Positions 55,125-64,000 of a stretch of DNA of 64,000 nt are shown piece by piece. Within the stretch, counting starts at the first letter, position 1, and each line of letters opens with the position of its first letter. Position numbers and translations under genes: made by a program. The stretch is from positions 47,492,001-47,556,000 of the forward strand of contig OX597819.1 of NCBI GenBank assembly GCA_951406725.2, given 5' to 3'. Under the pieces are notes generated by a model, which was given only the letters and a program-made list of their open reading frames with translations, was not told the origin of the DNA and searched no databases. Source of the DNA: Octopus vulgaris. Its lineage: Eukaryota.

Positions 55125-55340
55125 AGATCAACAAAGAAGCCTCTATGTAATCATTCAACCTATAAGAAATAGCAGCCAAATCTCACTCAAATTACATAGC
55201 GTACCATCTTGAAGAGAGCAGGACAAACTGGATAATGTAATACTAGAGAAAAGAACAATATGACCATAGCTTGACTGCTTCTGATCAGGAGTCTGCTTCA
55301 AAAAAGCTGACTTGAGGATACATAACTACTACAGCAACAA
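55125..55340 (+). mobile_element. High-copy ~220-bp SINE-like family without tRNA head, (AAC)n-type tail
   Basis: Consensus blocks GAGGGAGCCTCTA..CTGCTAGAAATAGCAGCCAAATCTCCCTC..GGATAATGTAGTC..TGATCATAGGTCTGCT..GGCTAAACAAC. About 15 or more decayed copies, e.g. 450-565, 2450-2630, 3760-3920, 10725-10885, 43090-43305, 54150-54420, 55400-55600 and 59925-60135. Confidence 0.75.
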
Positions 55341-55839
55341 GGATACAAAAAAAATACAAAAAACATAACTTGCTGATTGATGTCACCTAGGTTTGTTGGA
55401 GTTATTTAGCCCCAGGTCAAACCTGGTTGAGCAAATTTATGATCAAAGGCATTCTAGTCATGATCATAATGTCTTTTTCTCAAGCATTATGTATAGAGGA
55501 CTGTATTAGTAAATGAGTCCATCCCTTTTCAAGGTGACAGTAGTTTTAATAACATTTAGCAGCTACTTCCATGTAAAGTTCCCCTTCTTGGTTCATCATT
55601 GAGATACTTTCACATCTACTTACAGCCCAGCAACAAAAGACTTAAAAATTTATAGTTTAACCACTTAAAATTTCTCTTAAGTTTTATTATATCATGTTCT
55701 TAGTTATGAGATCAAAACTCACTAATGTACAAATATACAAAGCTGAGATGATCACGGTAGAAGCCACTTTCATCATAGGTCTGCTGGATCAGGGCTATCC
55801 TGGGGTTAAACAACAATAACAACATACCAATACATCAAT

Positions 55840-56120
55840 TGATCAATCCACATGCTCTTAAACATCACAGTTTGCCAGGCATGCAAACTGTAACTTGTTC
55901 TATTCTGTAACTTGTCTATATTTATTAATCCCCATAATTAACTGGTTGTTATATTATTGCTATTATTTCCATTAAGAACAGGTTTGAACATTTTAATAAA
56001 CCGTTTTTCTTTTATCTTTTAATAGGAAACAATCGTTGAGGTATCTTTTCCATGTGTCCTCTATTGTCTTTTAAAGGTGGTGCTGTAGTTGTCTTCAATT
56101 GTCTTTCATCTCTCCACTGT
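55840..56120 (-). mobile_element. Internally deleted Penelope-like element remnant
   Basis: TWKRYLNDCFL (RT motif C, YLDD decayed; 56055-56023) abuts KEKRFIKMFKPVLN (GIY-YIG C-terminus; 56012-55971), followed by 3' sequence shared with the 49.7-kb palindrome. Confidence 0.75.
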
Positions 56121-57037
56121 GTTTAAAATTTGTACCAGTAAAATACTAAAGCTAATTCGGTTAAGTAATCCTTTGTCAAGGATATTGGCCCTAGGTTAAA
56201 ACTCATAGACATTGAGTTTAATTCATCTTCAGTACACAAAATACAACAAATGAACACTTAAGGGAGAAAGATCAGCAGTTATATACTAAGTTAATAGCTT
56301 TCACAGCTAAATTAAGAAACTAATTTGAATGGAGATATTAATATGGTTTGTTATAATGTTGAATTATCATGAAAGAAAATGTGTGTGAATATAGGATGTG
56401 ATGTGGAAAATGTGAAACAAAGAAACAATCTGAGAAGTGAATTAAAAGGATGGAGAGAAAAGGTTTTGATATGTATGTTTGATGGCGTGTGAATATAGAA
56501 ACCACTGAAAAAGAGTATATATGGGAGTGGATGTAAATTAAAAAGGGAAATAAATTGAATATTAAAGATGGTATAAACATCTGCTAGTAAGTAAAAAAGA
56601 ATATTTGTGAATGAGATACGTGTGTGTGTGTGTGTGTGTGTGTAAAAGTATATGAATTTAGTGAATAAAGTCATGTGTGGTTACATGTGTAAGACCCAAG
56701 TTGTATATGGAAATCATATATGTGTGTGTGTGTGTGTGTGTTTATATAATTTGTATTTCCTTGTGTGGCAGTGTGAATGAGTATGCATAGAATTCTGTTC
56801 ATTACAATATTAAGATAGATCAAGTTTCTGCTTCTGGTAAGTTTTAATAGTTTTTCTTTTTCTTCCATGTGCAGTCAACTGTGTAAATTCTTCTAATTAT
56901 TTACAGATGGGACTATGTGATAGAAAAAGAAACACTGGAGAGTAGTAGGTGTGGATTAATACAAGAATAACTAAACAATAGACTGAACAAATGAAAACAA
57001 ATTTTTTGAAAAAAACAAGTCTTTATAAGATATAGAA

Positions 57038-57074
<37 letters not shown>

Positions 57075-57209
57075 ACATATGTGCCCATCCAGACACAAAT
57101 GAAGGAGTGTCTATAACCATGGTTCTCAACTGGATGGGAGGGCAGTGGAATTTACCCCCACAGAAAGAATTTTAAGGTTCCAAGGGATGAATCGGGATCG
57201 AAAATTAAT

Positions 57210-57370
57210 AGTGCAGGAGTGGTTGCGTGGTAAGTAGCTTGCTTACCAACCACATGGTTCCGGGTTCGGTCCCACTGTGTGGCACCTTGGGCAAGTGTCT
57301 TCTACTATAGCCTCGGGCTGACCAAAGCCTTGTGAGTGGACTTGATAGACGGAAACTGAAAGAAGCCTGT

Positions 57371-57407
<37 letters not shown>

Positions 57408-57560
57408 TTATATATGTGTGTGTATGTATGTGTGTGTATGTATGTGTGTGTGTATGTATGTGTGTGTATATGTTTGTGTGTGTCCGTCCCCAACATTGCT
57501 TGACAACCCATGCTGGTGTGTTTACGTCTCCGTAACTTGGCGGTTCAGTAAAAGAGCCTA
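57210..57560 (+). mobile_element. Main SINE, 3'-truncated
   Basis: Head and body match 27530-27927 up to AAAAGAG. Confidence 0.85.
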
Positions 57561-57774
57561 TCTGAATGCGTACCACAGGCTCTTTTAGCCATACAAATTC
57601 AAAGTATCTGATTTATAGACAAGGTTTCAACATTGCCAAGAAAATAAAATAAAAAAATAAATAAGTGTACACAGACCAAAGGGAGTAAAATTTGGAAGAG
57701 ACATACTGAAACAAGAACAAATAACAACAGAAGCAACAATAACCTGAAATTGATGAAAGATACAATAAATATCT

Positions 57775-58035
57775 GTGTATACACACACACACACACACAT
57801 ATATACACACACATATATATATATAAATACACAGACATATATACATAGATATATACACATATATACACACACAGACACATATATACATATACACCCACAT
57901 ATATACACACACAGACACACACACATATATACACATACACACACATATATATACACACACAGACATATATACATAGATATATATACACATATATACATAC
58001 ATATACATACATATATATGCATGTATATACATACA
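57775..58035. repeat. Compound (CA)/(TA) microsatellite
   Basis: Alternating purine-pyrimidine tract; similar tracts at 4231-4283, 12968-13062, 34808-34877 and elsewhere. Confidence 0.95.
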
Positions 58036-58107
58036 AGAGGCATGTTTACACAAAAGTTCGTCAACATCTACATTTGAAACAAGCCAGCCAAGCACCGGGG
58101 GGGGGGG

Positions 58108-58375
58108 TCCATAGGATTACAATCAGGGGATCTAGGAGGCCAGAAGTTGGGGCTGATGAAGTTGTAGAAATTCTCCTATAACCAGTTTTGACACTTTCCC
58201 TGAGGTATGGCAAGGAACTGAATCCTGCTGCCACATATATGGCCTTCCAGTGGCAACCCTCTCTAGCCAGGGTTTGATATAATTTCCAGCAACTTCACAT
58301 AGCCATCTGAAATGAGCTTAAGGCCCTCGTCAAAGATGTGGGGTAGCATGACACCCTCATTGGAGGGTAATGTCA
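58108..58375 (-). mobile_element. Tc1/mariner transposase fragment
   Basis: Frameshifted PWLERVATGRPYMWQQDSVPCHTS and FISPNFWPPRSPDCNPM motifs. Confidence 0.85.
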
Positions 58376-58659
58376 TGCCTTTAGAGTGTTCACAGAGCAT
58401 TGAAAGCAGTCATGGTGTAGGCATTTTGATAACCAGCATGAATCATCATGATACAGATGGCTTCCTGTCCTCCATGTCAGTTAACTTTTTCTCAACTACA
58501 ACTTTAAAATTTATGCTTTGCAATGCAGTTGACTGTCCACCAATACATCAAGCAACATTTGACAGTACTGAGAAATGAACTCAGCTGATATTTATCAGAA
58601 TTCTGTGATGATGAGTTGACTTAGCATGAAATTCATTCAAATTACCATTAGAAAAAGCT

Positions 58660-58882
58660 CCTGGTGACTGTCAAGATGAATTCCTGGAGTTAAAAACTAA
58701 TTTAGAAGCAAGGAATGTCAATCACAGAATTTTGGCCATTGATGAGCAATTTCTCCCCCAATTTAGCAAAATTATCTATGCACTGCTTCCATTTGTGTCA
58801 ACCTATCTTTACAAGTCAGGATTTCCAACTTTGCTGCAAATGGAAAAGAAGCCAAAAGGTAGATTAGTAGTTGAAAATGATT
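58660..58882 (+). mobile_element. hAT Charlie/Buster transposase C-terminal fragment
   Basis: QDEFLELKTN, TEFW and LLPFVSTYLYKSGFPTLLQM..RLVVEND. A possible left TIR (CATGGTTCTCAAC) at 57118. Confidence 0.75.
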
Positions 58883-60290
58883 GGTTGTACTGGGGTTGAT
58901 TTGCTTGATTAAACTCTTCAAGGTAGTGCCCGAGTAAGTCAAATGACTGAGACATGTAAAAAATTATATATATATATATATATATATTACAAGTGAGTGG
59001 ACAAATTAAAGAAGGGCACTCAACAAGTTTATTGGGAGTTACATGTACGGATCAAAACAGTTTAATTCAAATTCATTGGTACTCTTGAGTTTCAAGCGTG
59101 ATGCTAGTTGTCAACCATTTTGAGTTGTTATTACCGTAAGGTGGGCTGCAATTGGTCAAGGGAGGTCGTCACATGGCATCATAAATAACATCCATAGTAA
59201 ATTGTCCAACTTGCAGTTACTTGAACTCTCGGGGTGAAACTTGGAAGAGTTTGTATAAAACAAAGCAACACTAATGTTAAAAAAAATAATAATTCTTTTT
59301 ACTATAGGCATAAGACCTGAAATCTGGTGTGAGCGGGATAGTCAATATCATTTCACCCAGTGCTCAACTGGCACTTATTTTATCCATTTTATCCATGAAA
59401 GGCAAAGTCAACCTTAACAGAATTTGAACTCAGAATGTAAAGATGGACAAAATGCCACAAAACATTTTACCTGGCATGTTAACAATTCTGTCTACTCCCC
59501 ACATTAATGATAATAGTAATAATAATTGATATTATTATCTGCTTTAAAATGCAGTAATGAGAATTCCATTTCAAACATATGTAGAAGGGTACAAAAGAAC
59601 AATTAACTTTGTAATTCTCTCAATGCATGCTTGCAGCCTAAATGATAGAACTTGTTTCCCATACAAGAAGTTTTGATTATCAGGGTAAAAAAAATAATAA
59701 GTTCCTCATAAAGATAAAGTAAAGATATAATATAAGTGGTAATTCCAGGACTGGTTGTGTAGTTTTATACAAATATGTACATAGAGAATGTAATTGATGT
59801 AATTAGAACAAATGCTAAAATGATAAATGACTAGGTTTTTGATAAACAAGTTTGATAGTATCTATAATTTCTTCACATGCTTCTTAGGCGAGATTAACTG
59901 ACAGGAAGCCTAATAGAATGAAGTTAATGAGAGGGGCTCTGTTTGGTCAATTGTCCTACTAGAAATAACAATCAAATCTCCTTCAAATTACACCATACCG
60001 TCATAAGCAAAGACACACTGGATAACGTGGTCCTAGATTCTCTGTACATAAAAAAGATATGGGACTGCCATAGCTGGAATATCTGTGATCAAAGGTGTGC
60101 TCAGTCAAAGCTGACCTGTGGTTAAATGACAACTAGATAAAAAATACCCATGGATGCCTGTTTCACACACACACGGTAATATAACATAGTTAACTGAGAA
60201 AGTTTAATTAATTAAAATTACACCTGTAGCGAGAAAAATTAAAAAGAATGTATTGAATAGGTAACCTAATCTTTGGCAGTAAGATGTCAA

Positions 60291-60331
60291 CTCTAGACAA
60301 GTTTCAATCTTATTAAGCCTCATCAGTGAAG
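60291..60331 (-). ncRNA. Degenerate hammerhead ribozyme motif
   Basis: CTTCA-CTGATGA-GGCTTAATAAGATT-GAAAC-TT-GTC-TAGAG: core and GUC triplet intact, stems imperfect. Confidence 0.5.
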
Positions 60332-60511
60332 CATAATCTAATTATTGTTATGTGAACTAATAAGCAAATTCATTTTTACCAGATTGAAAAGACTGACAAT
60401 GCTTGTCTTGTGTAAGGAGTGCATAGAATATGAGATCAAATTGAAAACAGTGATCATAAGAACATTAACTAAGAGAAGAGCATGGATGTTGAAAGTCACT
60501 TGGCGAATTTC

Positions 60512-60585
60512 AACCAGGTTTCGTGGTCTGCTACCACAACAGCTCCTTTATAGGATCCAGTTAGCTCAAGACATCATCAGGAGGA
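60512..60585 (-). ncRNA. Hammerhead-like motif with extended stem II
   Basis: CCTGATGA-TGTCT..TCCT-ATAA-AGGA..AGACCAC-GAAAC-CTG-GTT; stem I poorly supported. Confidence 0.4.
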
Positions 60586-60749
60586 ACCACATCTGGTTTC
60601 GGTCCCTACTCCTCTACCGTTTTGACGTGCCCCCCCCCCTTACGGAGGTGTCTTCAGCTCTGGTGTTGAGTGCATGTCTTCTTTAAGAGCAGCTTCTAAA
60701 TGGTGTTAACACATACTCTAATGAATCCTGCATGAAGAGAAATAAAACT

Positions 60750-62330
60750 TTTACTGTGCAGAAGATGTCAGGGCTCTGAGTAGTTTAGCTGATAGAATAG
60801 AGACCCAATAAGAAATTGGATCATATAATGGCTAAATATTGCAGTAAATAAGGTCAAAAGAGAAAGATGTTAGTCTTTGAAGATTTTAGAGAGAGGCAGT
60901 AACAGGAAATTGAATAAAGAATAACGGATATCAGGTTTACCTAGGGATGGTAAAAATCAGCAAATAGAAGGCTTGGCAATGTTTTTGATGTTGTGAAAAT
61001 GAGAATCATGAATTATTTAGAATTCCAAGACAATATATCAAACAAATGAGTATATTGCTTAAGAGAAGTAGGAGTGTGTGGGAAATAATTTGAGTGTGCT
61101 TATCCTCTCTGACAATGAAACTGAAGATGCAAGAAAGTATCAATGTGAGGATTTGATGAATAAGAAAACATTAAGATTAAAAGAATTGGCTGCCTCATCA
61201 GGATCAGCTGTAAAGTTTAATGTGGAGATGGAAAATAAAGAAATTGGGAAAACTGGAAAAAAAAATCTAAGCTGCCTCATGGCGGCCAGTTGTAAAGTTT
61301 AATCTGAAGAAAGCTAGTCAAATAAGTGGAAATATTAGAAGGCTATAATTCCTGCAGGGATAATTGTTGGGATATTGAAAATATTAAACTATGTTGATAT
61401 CATATAAATCATTCATTTAATTAATGAGATTGTGCCAGAAAGTATTAACCTAGTCAATGGTATTGGATCATAAGTACCAAAAGAAAGAATATGCTTTAGT
61501 AAGAAAAAATTAGAGGTTTTCAGATAATTAAGTTGGCTGAAAGCATTATGACAAAGCTGGAGGAGGATAAAATAAGCTTAGACAGGATGCTACTTGAATT
61601 TGAACTCACAGATGCTATCTCTTGTTAGACTTAGACAAATGTAATAAATATTTGGTAAAAAGAAAACAACTAACTTTCTTTTGTCAACTTAGAAAATACT
61701 TTTGTATGAATGAATTTCATATTCTTTAGCTTAGGTCTAAGAATACTCAGTAGGAGAAAAGGTTTTGTTAAAGATATCCAGGTTTCCTATGAAGCTAATG
61801 AAAACAGGATCAGGAGTGACAAAGGACAAAGTGGTGAATTTAGTACTTAGGTGGACATTCAATAAAATTTGTCCTAAGCTTTATTCAGTTCATCTTAGTC
61901 CTTTGAGGCATCACAAAGAAGTTTAAGATCAGACTTACATGGAAATTATTTTTATATTCTGTTTAGTTGATCCTCATTACATAAGTTATCAAACAGCAAA
62001 AGCTTAGTTTGGAAAGATGGACTTCAACTAAAAGGCTCAAAAATTCACATTGTGAGTACCGAGTACTCAATAACAGAATATACCTAATAATAATGAGAGC
62101 CAACAAACAAGTGGTATTGTTTGATACACAGTACTGTGTAATTAAAACAAATAAAAATTTAAAAAGAGGTATATAAAAGACTGATTGAAAAGTTATATGC
62201 AACATATATGGGACACTTAGCAATGACAATGCCTTCATAGGAGGCTTATGAGGTATTTAATTAATCCTGATATGAAAGCATAACACTGGAGTTAGAAATT
62301 GAAGGAAAATGTGGATAACTGTCACTTCTA
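60750..62330 (+). mobile_element. Heavily decayed Ty3/Gypsy-like gag-pol remnant
   Basis: Purine-rich strand with broken motifs in the expected order: zinc-knuckle-like QCF*C....H (~60978), IHLINEIVP (~61410), EFELTDA (RNase H-like, ~61596) and NEFH (~61708). No LTR pair seen. Confidence 0.4.
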
Positions 62331-62418
62331 ATGGAAACAAAGCTTTCTCTACTATTTGAAGATACACTGACTGAAGAGGAAAGAAGAGGACCTGCAGTAA
62401 TTGAGGTAAAACTTGATT

Positions 62419-62655
62419 GTGATCAATCAAATATACAAAAAAATGATCAATCAAGATGTACAATATTGAATGTGACCAATCAGATGTACAAAACTCAGAA
62501 TGATCAATCAGACATACAAACTGAGCATGGTCAATCAGATACACAAACTAAGCATGATCAATGATCAGTTCAAAGTAAAATATTGAGTGTGATCTGAAGT
62601 GTAGGATCAATCTGATGTACAAAACTCCATGTAATCAATCACAAGTGCAAAATTG
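62419..62655 (+). repeat. Degenerate ~27-bp minisatellite (GATCAATCAGATGTACAAAACT..)
   Basis: About 8 copies of G(A/G)TCAATCA-anchored units. Confidence 0.8.
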
Positions 62656-64000
62656 ACTTATAAGATACATTAAGTGCAAATGAACTGACAATGTGGTTGA
62701 CCCTCAAAGTCACTGCATGGTATATGCTAGCAAGGTAATAACGTTGGTTTGGACATGAAATGCAAAATATCAACAGTAGTCCATGATTGTCTACTTCTCT
62801 TATAGTTACTGTCCAAGTAAAAGTTCAGAAGAAACAGTTACAACAGACTGGGTTTCGTAGAAAAGAATAACATTATACGTTTGAGTTACATGGAAAATTG
62901 ATAAAAGACATGAAGAAGACATATGTAGATTGAATATAAGGCAATGGGAAGCTTCTAGAAATAGCAACTCAATTTCCTTAGAATTATCTGGTGTCATCTT
63001 AGGACACAGTGGGTAATATACTCTACATACCACTAGATAAATGGGTCAGTCATAGCAAGAATGCCTTTGAGCAGGAGTCTGCATAATCAGGATTGACCGG
63101 AGGCTAAACAACAGTAATAATAGATACAAAAACGAAGTAAAAGTTTACATCATAAGGATTTGGAAACTTTGAGAAATATGAAATAAATCATTTTTAATGG
63201 TAGGGGGAGGAACTCAAAGTAAATAATAGCATGTTAATATTAGGTTAAAAGTCCCTTGGAATAAAAATGGTGAAGACAGTCCATTGGATTCAAACCCACA
63301 GCTTCTGTAAACATGACAGGCATTTTACTATTGTACCAAAGTAATCCCACAACATTCTTCATTCATTTTAGAAGCTTTGTTCTTACTGCAAGAATTATAT
63401 GAATTTTATGTAATAAGAATTTGGTAACTTAGAAATATGAAATAAATCATTTTTTACATTGGACAACGTAATCCTAGATATATAAAATTTTTGGCACAAT
63501 ACCAAAGGTCTCGATCATTTATCATTGCTACTGTAATACCTCTGTTAGGCCTCATGGAGGCAATGGTAAGTGACCAAGACCTTTGGTGATATGCTGTGTT
63601 TGAGAAGACCAGTCAAGCCAAGCAAAATCATAGTCACGGCCAATGCCAGTATCTCATAACTGGAACTTGTGCCAGTGGCATATAAAAAGCACCCATTACA
63701 CCCTCGGAGTGGATGGCATTAGGAAGGGCATCCAGCAGTAGAAACTATGCCAAATCAAGTTTGAACCTGGTGTAGTCCTACAGCTTACCAGTTTCAGTCA
63801 AACCGTTTAATCCATGCCAGCTTGGAAAGCAGACGCTAAATGATGATGATGATAATGTGAGAGTCTATATACAGTTGTTTGACTTGCCAGAAACAGTAGT
63901 CAAATCTATCTTCTACTGTGACAGCTTTGGAATTGTTTGAAATAGGGCCATCATATGAATGCTTTTACCATGACCAAGGTGCATTAGCAGATTTGAATCT

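Noticed and set aside
56026-56040. Apparent 15-nt plus-strand micro-exon (polypyrimidine-AG GAAACAATCGTTGAG GT)
   Set aside because: It is the antisense of the Penelope RT motif RYLNDCF, and no partner plus-strand exons were seen.
57599-58095. 145-160-aa ORFs in several frames
   Set aside because: Translations of a (CA)/(TA) microsatellite; the same applies to most VCVC/HTHT/YIYI ORFs in the track.

Overview
AT-rich, repeat-dense eukaryotic DNA. The SINE repertoire and (TA)n/(CA)n/(GA)n microsatellites point to an Octopus genome (inferred from repeat recognition, not from a search). The only clear host gene is the 5' part of an alpha-2-macroglobulin/thioester-protein (A2M/TEP) family gene on the minus strand. 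It has three phase-compatible exons (9103-8946, 5378-5187, 3307-3255) and a candidate signal-peptide exon at 12740-12586, and it runs off the left edge. The rest is intron or intergenic sequence filled with several SINE families, hAT/piggyBac/mariner MITEs and decayed hAT, RTE, Tc1/mariner, Penelope-like and Ty3/Gypsy-like elements. The most interesting signals are ribozyme-bearing mobile elements. (i) A head-to-head palindromic element at 45879-46360 has arms made of a tRNA-like Pol III head plus a minimal hammerhead ribozyme; it is stacked with a second palindrome at a thrice-repeated 12-bp site. (ii) A second hammerhead palindrome family (49679-50126, duplicated) can be tied within the window to a Penelope RT/GIY-YIG remnant at about 55.8-56.1 kb. 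(iii) A high-copy SINE-like family has a 5' end that folds like an HDV-type ribozyme instead of a tRNA. All folds and alignments were done by eye, and nothing was computed or searched.
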